Positions 1 to 8,136 of a stretch of 40,562 bases of DNA are shown here, piece after piece. The DNA lies in IMG/VR virus record IMGVR_UViG_3300022177_000053, positions 1 through 40,562 of that record. One strand, given 5' to 3'. The notes below the pieces were generated by a model that did not search any database, was not told the origin of the DNA, and saw nothing but the letters and a program-made list of their open reading frames with translations. Each line of letters opens with the position of its first letter. The first letter of the stretch is position 1. Position numbers and translations under genes: made by a program. The DNA is from a virus. Lineage: Duplodnaviria; Caudoviricetes.

Positions 1-819
1 ATGCCCGAATCCGCATTGATCCCGCGCCAGACCATCACCAGCCTGGTTGAAGCCCATGACAACGCCGTCAGGCTGGCCATGGAAGGCCTGGAGAAGCTGG
101 CCCAGGCCCAGGGCCTCCTGGAGCGCACCCTGGGCAAGTACCGGCACGAGATTTACCCCCATAACGAGCTCAACAGCTACGCCCTGGAGGCAACCGCCCT
201 GCCGCGAACCCTGGAGGCAAGCGCCAGGTTGATCCGGGTCAACTCCTGGAGCTACCTTTTGGAGCTGACCGGCCTGGAGGCATTGCTCTCCAACCAGCGC
301 AAGGAGGAAATCCAGGCCCAGCTAAATAAGGGTGAAGCCCCGCCCTTCACGGTTGAAAACGCCATGGCCCACCTGGGCCACATGGCCGGCGGGCTGGATG
401 GCTACTTCGCGGAAGCGCTCAAGGAGGTTTGGGACTGGTTGAAGCCCTGGAGCCGCGATCAGCTCAAGACCAACCAGAAGAGCCGTTACGAGCTGGGCCA
501 GCGGATCATCAAACGCGGCCTGGTCAGCTACTCCTATGGCCGGGTTTCCTTCAACCACTGGGGCCGGGCGGAGAACCATCTCCACGACCTGGACAAGGTT
601 TTCCACCTCCTGGACGGGGCCGGCATCCCCAAATACCCCGGTGACCTGGTCACCGCCATGAGGGCCGCCATGGATGCCGGTCAATGGGAATGCGCCACCA
701 GGTTTTTCCGGGTCAAGTGGTTCAAGAATGGCAACGCGCATATTGAGTTCCTGCGCCTGGACCTGTTGCGGGAGCTGAACGCCAAGGCCGGTGAAGGCCT
801 GTTGAAAACCGACCAGTAA
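1..819 (+). CDS. DUF4942-like domain protein
   Basis: C-terminal 'FFRVKWFKNGNAHIEFLRLDLLRELN' and 'LHDLDKVFHLLDG' match my recollection of the DUF4942 family found in mobile elements. Confidence 0.7.
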   Translation: MPESALIPRQTITSLVEAHDNAVRLAMEGLEKLAQAQGLLERTLGKYRHEIYPHNELNSYALEATALPRTLEASARLIRVNSWSYLLELTGLEALLSNQRKEEIQAQLNKGEAPPFTVENAMAHLGHMAGGLDGYFAEALKEVWDWLKPWSRDQLKTNQKSRYELGQRIIKRGLVSYSYGRVSFNHWGRAENHLHDLDKVFHLLDGAGIPKYPGDLVTAMRAAMDAGQWECATRFFRVKWFKNGNAHIEFLRLDLLRELNAKAGEGLLKTDQ

Positions 820-937
820 CAATACGGGGCCGGTGGGGCTGGACAAGCTCCCCGGCCCCGGCCTATATTCTCGCCACCGCCGGGGGCGCGACAGATCCTC
901 GGCCCGACAAGCCAGCCCAGCAGCCCAAGGAGCGGCC

Positions 938-1117
938 ATGGACAAGAAAGAATACGGATGGCGGGTCACCCTTCGCCTTCCCGAAGAGCTCTACCAGCGC
1001 TTGTTCGCCTACACCCAGGCCGAAAAGCTGCGGCGGGGACCACGCGCGGGGGTGTCGATGAATACGATCATCATGGAGCTGCTGGACGAGCACTTGCCGA
1101 AGAATCCGGCCGCCTGA
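938..1117 (+). CDS. Arc/ribbon-helix-helix DNA-binding protein (59 aa)
   Basis: AAGGAG RBS before ATG 938; 'VTLRLPEELYQRL...SMNTIIMELL' is an Arc-like RHH pattern. Confidence 0.8.
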   Translation: MDKKEYGWRVTLRLPEELYQRLFAYTQAEKLRRGPRAGVSMNTIIMELLDEHLPKNPAA

Positions 1118-1131
1118 ATCTGACTAAAATC

Positions 1132-1168
1132 AAGCCCCCGGCCAGGCATCCCGCCCGGCCGGGGGCTT
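1132..1168. terminator. GC hairpin, probably a bidirectional terminator between the arc-like gene and the ImmA cassette
   Basis: AAGCCCCCGGCC...GGCCGGGGGCTT inverted repeat between convergent genes. Confidence 0.7.
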
Positions 1169-1255
1169 CATCTTCCCTCTTCTCTTCGCCCGGCCTACTC
1201 GCCTCCCACCACCAGCGGCGGGGGTTGCTCGACCACTATCGGCGGGCTGGTGGCC
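1132..1255. repeat. 124-bp direct repeat, copy 1 (terminator plus orphan 3' end of the lipoprotein gene)
   Basis: Manual alignment to 3382-3505 gives 7 mismatches in 124 nt and no gaps. Confidence 0.95.
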
Positions 1256-1272
1256 TGGGATAATAAACAACC

Positions 1273-2472
1273 CTAAGTGCGGCGTAAGGGAATGACTTTA
1301 GATCCATCCGCTGATCCGCCACCGCTCCCATGGCGCTTCACCTTGGGGAAAACCATGACATCAGCAGGCTTCGCGGTCATATAGCCCCTGGGAAGGCCAC
1401 AAAGCATCTCCACATCATAAGCCGGAAGGCGGAAATCAGCCAGCAAGTCCTCACGCGTACGAACCCGACTGTCGATCAACAGAGTAACCGATCTAGCCAT
1501 GAGTCTTGGCGATTCAAGGGGGAGAGTGTCGTCCAGGGGTTCACCACCCCGCCACCCCTTTCCACCGTAGTACTTCCAAAGTTGCTTTTGGTAGCCATCG
1601 GAAATCATACCTAGTTGGGCGCATCGCTTGATCATGGCGCCCACCGAGGCTCTCCATCGCTCCTTAAGTGCCAAAAAAGTATTTAACGATGGAGACCAAA
1701 CTTCCGCCGCAAAACTCTCAGCGGGCATCAGGAATGCACCCGCAAAGACATAAGCCTGGCGCTCTACCTCTTTGAATTGCTCGGCCTTGTTCATGACTGC
1801 CGCAGGCAGGTTCCTATGAAGGACCAGATGACCAAGTTCGTGCAGGGCATCTAAACGAGAGCGGGCGCAACTATCTTTATCGCGCGCTATCAGCATGTAG
1901 GGTCGGTTGTCGACCATGGACCAGTTGGAGAGACCGTCCATCTTGACCGACCCGGTTTCGTCCTTGGCCACCACCACACCGGCGTTTTCCAGGACCAACA
2001 ACGAGTCGCTGATTGGGCCTTTACCCAACCCCCATCGTTCGCGGCACGCCATGGCGGCGGCCTCTATATCTCCATCCCGAAGATCCAGAGGGCAAGAGGT
2101 ATCGACACACGGGACATTTACTTCGGGCAAATCCACCCATTCCTGGAGGGCCAGCGAGATGTCCTGCAACCACCTCAGTCTGGCGCAACTTCTATCGCGT
2201 AGTTGCAGGGTGGTACTAGCCATGGATCGGAAATAGATGGGTGCTGCTCCATGGTCTTGCACCGGGCGTAAAAAAAAGGCCATGGGAACACCTAGAGCGC
2301 TTGCCAGCGCCTCCAGGGCTTCCGGCTCCGGTGTTTGATCTGTATTCTCCCAACGGGAGATATTGGAACTCGCCTTGCCGATAAGGCTCGCGAGGGTTAC
2401 TTGGGTAACCCCCCTGGCTTTGCGGGCCTCCACTAATCTCTCGGGTCGGAACCCTGGCGTTCCCTTGCGCAT
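1273..2472 (-). CDS. XRE-HTH plus ImmA/IrrE-family Zn metallopeptidase (399 aa)
   Basis: N-terminal HTH 'RLVEARKARGVTQVTLASLIG...ISRWE'; HExxH 'ALHELGHLVLH' and 'ERQAYVFAGAFLMP'; start re-called at ATG 2472 after GGGAG. Confidence 0.9.
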   Translation of the reverse strand: MRKGTPGFRPERLVEARKARGVTQVTLASLIGKASSNISRWENTDQTPEPEALEALASALGVPMAFFLRPVQDHGAAPIYFRSMASTTLQLRDRSCARLRWLQDISLALQEWVDLPEVNVPCVDTSCPLDLRDGDIEAAAMACRERWGLGKGPISDSLLVLENAGVVVAKDETGSVKMDGLSNWSMVDNRPYMLIARDKDSCARSRLDALHELGHLVLHRNLPAAVMNKAEQFKEVERQAYVFAGAFLMPAESFAAEVWSPSLNTFLALKERWRASVGAMIKRCAQLGMISDGYQKQLWKYYGGKGWRGGEPLDDTLPLESPRLMARSVTLLIDSRVRTREDLLADFRLPAYDVEMLCGLPRGYMTAKPADVMVFPKVKRHGSGGGSADGSKVIPLRRT

Positions 2473-2503
2473 GCTCCCACCCCATTTCAACACCAAACTA
2501 TGC

Positions 2504-3157
2504 CTATTCAGGCTTTTTGTCCTTAAGACGCGGCAGAGCTTGATCCTTGATGGTGACTGATGGTTCCTGAGTCTTGGGAGACATATCATGATACATGGAT
2601 ACCAGTTGGTCAACCGATCTCAGGAAAAGCCACTGTTTGAGATCCTTGTCCGGCACGCCAAGTCCGATAAAGGCCGGCAGCGACTGGTCTTGCCCTTGTC
2701 GCGGAGATGTGGTGACAATTAAGCCGCAGGCTTGGCCGGCGGGAAGGCTTTGTTGGTCAGGCTCCAACAAATCGAGTTGTCGTGGCCCCAACCAAGCGTT
2801 CAGGGCGGCGTTTTCTGATCGAAATTTCGTAGGCTTGTCTGGGGTACCAGAGTGTGGTTGGATGTTGGATCGTAAAAGATATAATCCGTCGGCCATGCAC
2901 AGGGAATACCGGCCTCCCATCGGATTGGTTTCCAGAGAGGTGACCTTCAAACCAGAGTTCTCGGCAGAGTGCCTGAACGCTTCCTCGCAACAAGCATGCC
3001 TGGTTTGCGCAAGCATCGCTGCGTATTCGGGCGGCTCGAATTGAGTCTTGGATAGTAGGTGGGCCCTGGCAAAAGCCGAAAAAGTCTCTTCCTCAAGATA
3101 CATCCAGAATTTCTGGGGGACTCGCGAGACCACCCATTCCTTGAAGAAATCCTCCAT
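2504..3157 (-). CDS. Hypothetical protein, partner (candidate toxin) of the HTH-ImmA gene
   Basis: Clean ORF co-oriented 31 nt upstream of the peptidase; GGAG RBS before ATG 3157 (alternative start 3184). Confidence 0.7.
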   Translation of the reverse strand: MEDFFKEWVVSRVPQKFWMYLEEETFSAFARAHLLSKTQFEPPEYAAMLAQTRHACCEEAFRHSAENSGLKVTSLETNPMGGRYSLCMADGLYLLRSNIQPHSGTPDKPTKFRSENAALNAWLGPRQLDLLEPDQQSLPAGQACGLIVTTSPRQGQDQSLPAFIGLGVPDKDLKQWLFLRSVDQLVSMYHDMSPKTQEPSVTIKDQALPRLKDKKPE

Positions 3158-3192
3158 TTGGGCCGCTCCGGTGCTGGTTGACATTAAGGGGT

Positions 3193-3221
3193 ATAATGCC
3201 AGATTAATTTGCGTTATACAA
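3193..3221 (-). promoter_or_regulatory. Candidate sigma70 promoter for the ImmA cassette
   Basis: TTGTAT - 17 nt - CATTAT with a TG extension, in AT-rich intergenic DNA. Confidence 0.45.
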
Positions 3222-3376
3222 CCTCAAATGAATAAAATTTGCATTGGCAGGCCTTTTATTTTTGGGGTCGACGTTTATACCAGACACCTCCCTGAGGGGC
3301 CTACATCTATTACCAGTTGATTATATTAAAAAAATACACAAAGTGATATGTGCTTTGATACACGCTTCCATTGGTG

Positions 3377-3418
3377 AAAAAAAGCCCCCGGCCAGGCTTC
3401 CCGCCCGGCCGGGGGCTT
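3377..3418 (-). terminator. Rho-independent terminator of the late/lysis operon
   Basis: 12-bp GC stem followed by a U-run on the minus strand, just after the lipoprotein stop codon. Confidence 0.8.
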
Positions 3419-3505
3419 CTTCTTCCCTCTGCTCTCCGCCCTGCCTACTCGCTGCCCACCACCAGCGGCGGGGGTTGCTCGACCACTATCGGCGGGCTGG
3501 TGGCC
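3382..3505. repeat. 124-bp direct repeat, copy 2
   Basis: Matches 1132-1255 at an offset of 2250 nt. Confidence 0.95.
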
Positions 3506-3945
3506 GGGCTGACGGTCTGCGGACCCGGGCCGGTGTTGATGGCCCCGCCCGCGCCCTGGCCGGAGACCTCGACCTGCTGGCTGGTGTGGCTGCCGCCGGC
3601 GTCCTTGAGGACGCTGGCCAGGCCCACCACCTGGGCCACCCCCGGCAAGGCGGCCACCGCCTGGCCCAGGCCGCGCTCCAGGGCGCTTTCCCGGGGCTCG
3701 GCCAGGCCCGGGGTCTTGTTGGTCAGGGCCAGGACCAGGAGGCCGAAGACGCCCAGGTCCCGGGTCCGGGCGTCGTCGCTGGCCACGGCCTGGCCCAGGG
3801 CCTTGGCCGTTTCCTGCTTGGTCTTCTCGCCCTCGCTGATCACCGCGCCCTGTTCCTTGGCATAGGTGGGGTAGTTCATCGCGGTGCAGCCGCACAGCCC
3901 GGCCAGGGCCGCCAGCGCTGCCAGGATCATCAGCCATCGCGCCAT
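3445..3945 (-). CDS. Lipoprotein in the lysis cassette (possible spanin)
   Basis: Signal peptide and lipobox 'MARWLMILAALAALAGLCGC'; Pro-rich C-terminus; follows the endolysin. Confidence 0.65.
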   Translation of the reverse strand: MARWLMILAALAALAGLCGCTAMNYPTYAKEQGAVISEGEKTKQETAKALGQAVASDDARTRDLGVFGLLVLALTNKTPGLAEPRESALERGLGQAVAALPGVAQVVGLASVLKDAGGSHTSQQVEVSGQGAGGAINTGPGPQTVSPATSPPIVVEQPPPLVVGSE

Positions 3946-3948
3946 GGC

Positions 3949-4068
3949 TTACTCCTTTTCGCCCAGGGGGCCGGCCCCGTCCTGGTCTGGCAGGATGGAG
4001 CCGGGCCCGGTTTTGATGACTTGGTGGGTGAGCAGGCCCCAGGCTATCGCCCCTGCCCCTTTGAGCAC
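3949..4068 (-). CDS. Possible small protein (39 aa, GTG start)
   Basis: Fills the gap between endolysin and lipoprotein exactly; hydrophobic N-terminus; weak RBS. Confidence 0.3.
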   Translation of the reverse strand: MLKGAGAIAWGLLTHQVIKTGPGSILPDQDGAGPLGEKE

Positions 4069-4073
4069 CCCGC

Positions 4074-4370
4074 CTAGGCCGCTTCCGGCAAGGCCTCGGC
4101 CGCGCTGGACCCATCCGGCAACAGGCCCAGGGAGTCCGCCAGCTCGGCCGCCGCCTCCACCAGGTAGTTGTCCAGGTTGGTGTCCGTGCTCTGCACGAAC
4201 TCCTGGGCCACGGCCAGGCCCTTGCCGATCAGCTCCTTCATGCCCGGCGACACCTCGGAGCGAACCAGGTCCGAAAGACCAGGGAAGAACTTGTTGAGCA
4301 GCATGGGCAGCATCGCCTTGCTCGCCTTGATCGCCAGGGACAGGATCGGTCCGGTCAGAAGCCAATTCAT
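4074..4370 (-). CDS. In-frame internal product of the endolysin gene (98 aa, MNWLLTGP...)
   Basis: Strong AAGGAGGT Shine-Dalgarno 6 nt before the in-frame ATG 4370. Confidence 0.55.
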   Translation of the reverse strand: MNWLLTGPILSLAIKASKAMLPMLLNKFFPGLSDLVRSEVSPGMKELIGKGLAVAQEFVQSTDTNLDNYLVEAAAELADSLGLLPDGSSAAEALPEAA

Positions 4371-4907
4371 GGTCGAAACCTCCTTGGGGGTGGCCGCGAA
4401 AGGGACGCTGGAGCCCTCCAGCGCCTCCGTTGTGGCCGGTTGATCGGGGGTGAGGAAGAGATCCCGCTCGGCCGCCCGCCGCCGGACCAGGCCCTCCAGG
4501 ACCTGGCCGCCGGCCTTGCGCCACTTGGGGAACTCCTCGGCCGCGCCGGCGTAGTCTCCGGCGTTGAGCAGCTTAAGCAGGGTCGAGTCGCCCAGGCCCT
4601 CGGGGATGCTGTCGGCGTCCTCGTCGGGCCCCAGGTTGAAGGTGAAGCTGACCAGGGCCGCGAACTGGTTGTCCGTGAGCGGCACGGTGACCAGGCGCTC
4701 CACCGCCGCCTCGGCCTGGGCCAGGTCCCGGGCCAGGATCGATAGGCCCTGGGCCTGGCTAATCGGCTCCTGGAAGCTCTCGCCCGGCAGGATGGCGTGG
4801 CCCCAGCCGATGGTGGCCTTGCCGCCGGGACAGGTGTAGCTGGTGGCCCGGAAGCCCTCGAAGGACTTGATCAGCTCCAGGCCGGCGTTGTTGATTTTGC
4901 GGGCCAT
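4074..4907 (-). CDS. Endolysin, GH24 lysozyme with a long C-terminal extension (277 aa)
   Basis: 'GLELIKSFEGFRATSYTCPGGKATIGWGH', 'NQFAALVSFTFNLG', 'GLVRRRAAERDLF'; GGAGG RBS before ATG 4907. Confidence 0.9.
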   Translation of the reverse strand: MARKINNAGLELIKSFEGFRATSYTCPGGKATIGWGHAILPGESFQEPISQAQGLSILARDLAQAEAAVERLVTVPLTDNQFAALVSFTFNLGPDEDADSIPEGLGDSTLLKLLNAGDYAGAAEEFPKWRKAGGQVLEGLVRRRAAERDLFLTPDQPATTEALEGSSVPFAATPKEVSTMNWLLTGPILSLAIKASKAMLPMLLNKFFPGLSDLVRSEVSPGMKELIGKGLAVAQEFVQSTDTNLDNYLVEAAAELADSLGLLPDGSSAAEALPEAA

Positions 4908-4909
4908 GA

Positions 4910-5146
4910 CTAGCCCCTCCTTTCGCTTTCCTTGACCAGGTGGTCGGTGATCCGGCCGTGCAGCACCTTGTCTTCGGCGTCCAGGCCGGACTTGCAGGTT
5001 TTGCAGGCGGCCAGGAACTCGCTGAAGCGGGTCTCCAGGTTCTTGAGCCGCTGGTGACCGACCCCGAAGTGAAAGACCAGGGTGCCCACGCTCACGGCCA
5101 GGGCCGCCACCTCCAGGACCTCCTTGACCTCGGCCCCGGCGCTCAC
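4910..5146 (-). CDS. Putative holin-like small membrane protein (78 aa)
   Basis: GTGA overlap with the upstream stop; one hydrophobic helix 'VAALAVSVGTLVFHFGV'; immediately upstream of the endolysin. Confidence 0.55.
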   Translation of the reverse strand: MSAGAEVKEVLEVAALAVSVGTLVFHFGVGHQRLKNLETRFSEFLAACKTCKSGLDAEDKVLHGRITDHLVKESERRG

Positions 5147-5796
5147 AACACCGCCAGCATGGCCTGCACCTGCGCCGGGGTGCTGGCGGCCACCAAGTCG
5201 CGCAGGGCCGCGAAGCTGGCCTCGCCGAGGTAGCCCCGGGCCAGGGCCTCGTCGGCATAGCTCTGGATGATGCCCGGGCCGCTGACCACGATGGCCTGGC
5301 CGGGATAGGCCGCCGTCAGGGCCGCCACCACCGCCGCCTCCACCTCTTCCTGGCTGCACTCCGGGTGCGCTTGGATGTAGGGAATGCCCACCAGCTTGGC
5401 GGTCTCCTTCTGGGCCAGCCATTTGCGGTCGTGGGCGGTGGCCAGCAGGTTGGCGGCCACGGCTTGCTCCTGGAGCTTCACCGCCGCCTCCAGGGCCTCC
5501 AGGCGGGCCTGCACCGGGTCCGGGGCCGGCTCGGGCGGGGTGTACTCCGGGTCGATGGCCACCCCCACCACCGCCCCGCCCGCGATGGTGGCCACCAGGC
5601 GCAGCCCGTCTACCGAGTTGGCCTGGCTCACCGGGGCCTGGGCCTCGTCGCAGGTGAAGATCACCACCGGCTCGCCGCAGATGGCTTGGGCCTGGGCCGT
5701 GATGCGGGCCAACAGCTCCGGGGTGGCAGCCTCACGCCAGTCCGGAGCAAGCGCCGCGCGGCCATCACTCAACTTGAACGCCTGAATAAAAATCAT
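5143..5796 (-). CDS. Hypothetical tail-associated protein (possible fibre chaperone)
   Basis: ATGA overlap with the upstream gene; 'YTPPEPAPDP' linker then coiled coil; position after the tail tip genes. Confidence 0.55.
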   Translation of the reverse strand: MIFIQAFKLSDGRAALAPDWREAATPELLARITAQAQAICGEPVVIFTCDEAQAPVSQANSVDGLRLVATIAGGAVVGVAIDPEYTPPEPAPDPVQARLEALEAAVKLQEQAVAANLLATAHDRKWLAQKETAKLVGIPYIQAHPECSQEEVEAAVVAALTAAYPGQAIVVSGPGIIQSYADEALARGYLGEASFAALRDLVAASTPAQVQAMLAVL

Positions 5797-6329
5797 GGGG
5801 TCCATGCCTCCCAGGAAATGTTGCCGGTGCCTCCGGTGGAGTAGCTGTAGCCAGTTGACACGCATTGGAGTTTGTGAGGGTCCGTGGGGTGCTTGCGCAG
5901 ATACCCGCAGATGTAGCCGCCGGTGGGATAGAGCGCGATGAACCTTCCGGCCACGCAAAAGTTGAGCTCGGCTTTGGCGTTGATGGGGTTGGCCAGGGCA
6001 ATGTCCACCGTGGTCCCGGCCGCGCCGATGGTCATGGGGCTGATGCCCCGCTCAACCCGCCCCCTGGAAATCCGCCGGACTTGCCAGGGCACAGTCTTGG
6101 CGCTGCCCGCCGCCCCCGACGGGGAATAAATGACAATGCGATCGGCTTGGAGAACCCAATAGATGAACGAAGCCGGAGTCAGGTCATCACCCATGTGCAG
6201 GATTCGGCACATATGGCGAGAGGGGTCCACCACCTTGGCCAGCATGATCGTCGCCTGACCACCGCTCCAGCTCAGGGTGGTGACACCCTCCTCGACGATC
6301 CGGCCGGGTTGAAGCTGCATGCCCAGCAT
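5793..6329 (-). CDS. Small beta-rich tail tip / receptor-binding candidate
   Basis: Two similar halves ('VEEGVTTLS..ATIML...TVPWQV' and 'VERGISPMT..TVDIAL...NISWEA'); more mixed codon usage than neighbours. Confidence 0.55.
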   Translation of the reverse strand: MLGMQLQPGRIVEEGVTTLSWSGGQATIMLAKVVDPSRHMCRILHMGDDLTPASFIYWVLQADRIVIYSPSGAAGSAKTVPWQVRRISRGRVERGISPMTIGAAGTTVDIALANPINAKAELNFCVAGRFIALYPTGGYICGYLRKHPTDPHKLQCVSTGYSYSTGGTGNISWEAWTP

Positions 6330-6331
6330 GG

Positions 6332-7288
6332 CTACACCTCCACCGGAGCGATCCGCAGCTCGTTGACGATCAAATCGCCCGAGTGCGCGTCAGCGCCTCG
6401 CACCAGGGCGAAATGCACCCGGTCCCCGGCCGCCGCCGCGCCGGAGGGCAGTTGCAGGCTGGCGCTGTCCACCGCGAAGCAAACCCGGGCCGCGTTGGGC
6501 GGGGTGAGGCCATGGGCCAGGCGGGACATGCCCGCCCCGGCGCAAGTCCAGGTCACGGTCCCATCGACCACCGTCGCGCCGATGGTGGTCGGCCAGGTCG
6601 GCTCGGCCGCGCCGCTGGTCCCGACCACGGTCACCTGATAGCGAAAGCCGTTGGGGGAGGTGGGCATCCGATCCGCGCCCAGGGAATAGATCGTGCTGGC
6701 CTGCCAGCGATCCTTGACCGGGTTCACGGCCGCCTCCGGGCCAAAGACCTGGTACCAGACCTCCAGGGCCAGGCCTTCCGCCTCGCCCGTGCTCATCATG
6801 CAATCGAGCCGCACCCGCCAGGCCATGCCCTCCTGCCAAGCCGCGAAGTGGCCCCAGGCCACCGCTCCGGAGTTGCCGAAGCGCACCGCCCCCAGGGCAA
6901 GATCGTACTCGGCCGGGGCCTGTTCATCCTCCAATAGGCTGCCCAGGGCCCGGGGCCGCAGGTCCAGCCACTCCCGGGTGGCCGCCGTGGCGATCACCGC
7001 CCCGGTCCCGTCCCGCAGCTCCAGGACCGGCGGCGTGGTGCTGGTGTTGAGCCAGAGGTAGGCATGCCCCGGCGCCGGGGCCTCGCCCGCGCCGCCCACC
7101 CCGGCCGCGAAAGCCCCCTCGTACCAGTTGCCGTCGATCGGGGCCTTGGTCTGGGCCAGGTTCATCAAGCCATCCACCATGGCCTGGTGATAGGCCCGGA
7201 ACGCCCCCTGCCAGTCGGTCCGGCCGAAGATGGCGTCCAGCAGGATCTTCAATTGATCAGCGGTGAGCAAGAAGGGCGGGTCGGCCAT
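6332..7288 (-). CDS. Tail protein with a carbohydrate-binding-like module
   Basis: 'WQASTIYSLG...NGFRYQVTVVGTSGAAEPTWPTTIGATVVDGTVTWTC' motif typical of phage tail proteins. Confidence 0.65.
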   Translation of the reverse strand: MADPPFLLTADQLKILLDAIFGRTDWQGAFRAYHQAMVDGLMNLAQTKAPIDGNWYEGAFAAGVGGAGEAPAPGHAYLWLNTSTTPPVLELRDGTGAVIATAATREWLDLRPRALGSLLEDEQAPAEYDLALGAVRFGNSGAVAWGHFAAWQEGMAWRVRLDCMMSTGEAEGLALEVWYQVFGPEAAVNPVKDRWQASTIYSLGADRMPTSPNGFRYQVTVVGTSGAAEPTWPTTIGATVVDGTVTWTCAGAGMSRLAHGLTPPNAARVCFAVDSASLQLPSGAAAAGDRVHFALVRGADAHSGDLIVNELRIAPVEV

Positions 7289-7297
7289 GATCGCCTC

Positions 7298-8134
7298 CTA
7301 AAGAGCCTCTTCCAGGGCCAGGCTGTAGTTGCCCCGGTTCATGAACTCGGTTTCGGGCAGGTTGGTGTCCTCGCGATGGCAGTACATGCGCTGCCACCAT
7401 CGCTCGTCTCCCCCGCCCCGGGGCGACGGGTCGATGAAGAAGGGCGTGTGTCCGCCGGTCATCCGCAGCCAGCGGTGGAACTCGCCAAAGTGGGCGTCGC
7501 GCGAGACGTGCTGAAACTCCAGCTCCAGGCGGTTGGCCTGGCGGCCCTTGCGCACCGTCAGCTTGCCGTTGGGCAGGCGCTGGCGTTGGCTGTAGTCCAC
7601 GTGCCCCAGGCGATAGGGCCAGATGTAGTTGACCTCGGCCTCCAGGTAGGGGCCCAGGAAAAGCAGGCCGGCCTCGATCCAGCCGTGCGTGTTGTCCGGG
7701 TCGCTGAGGGTGAGGGTGAAGGAGCCGAACCACCAGGCGGTGCCGAAGTAGATGTAGCGCAGGGGCCCGGCGGTCAGGGCCTCCACTTCCTTGGGCGATG
7801 GGTAGCCGCCCACGTAACCGGTGCCGATCACCTCCCGGCCGAACTGGTAGATGGGCTCCCAGGCCTCCCAGGTCTGATCGTGGCCACCATCGGTTTGCAG
7901 GCGGATGCTTCCGTTCACTCCCAGGTTGTGCTGGCCGATGACCAGGGCGGTGCAGTCGCGTTGGCTGTCCCAGGTCCCCTGGATCACCAGCTCCCGGCCG
8001 GCCTGGCGCACCAGCTTGGAGCGGTCTAGGTCCTGGAGCATCACCGCCGGGAAGTTCTCCATGGCTCCGGCCGGGACGGACAGGGCGGCGTCCATGATGT
8101 AGTTGCGATAGAGCGCCCGGAAATTGCCGTCCAT
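7298..8134 (-). CDS. Putative distal tail protein
   Basis: ORF tightly coupled to its neighbours; 'LTLSDPDNTHGWIEAGLLFLG' pattern; position in the tail module. Confidence 0.6.
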   Translation of the reverse strand: MDGNFRALYRNYIMDAALSVPAGAMENFPAVMLQDLDRSKLVRQAGRELVIQGTWDSQRDCTALVIGQHNLGVNGSIRLQTDGGHDQTWEAWEPIYQFGREVIGTGYVGGYPSPKEVEALTAGPLRYIYFGTAWWFGSFTLTLSDPDNTHGWIEAGLLFLGPYLEAEVNYIWPYRLGHVDYSQRQRLPNGKLTVRKGRQANRLELEFQHVSRDAHFGEFHRWLRMTGGHTPFFIDPSPRGGGDERWWQRMYCHREDTNLPETEFMNRGNYSLALEEAL

Positions 8135-8136
8135 GC

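Noticed and set aside
1132-3505. Diversity-generating retroelement TR/VR pair
   Set aside because: Mismatches are not confined to adenines of one copy, half of the repeat is a terminator, and there is no reverse transcriptase gene in the window.
4074-5258. 394-aa ORF as given in the track
   Set aside because: The N-terminal 117 aa overlap the holin-like and upstream genes in another frame; the RBS supports a start at 4907.
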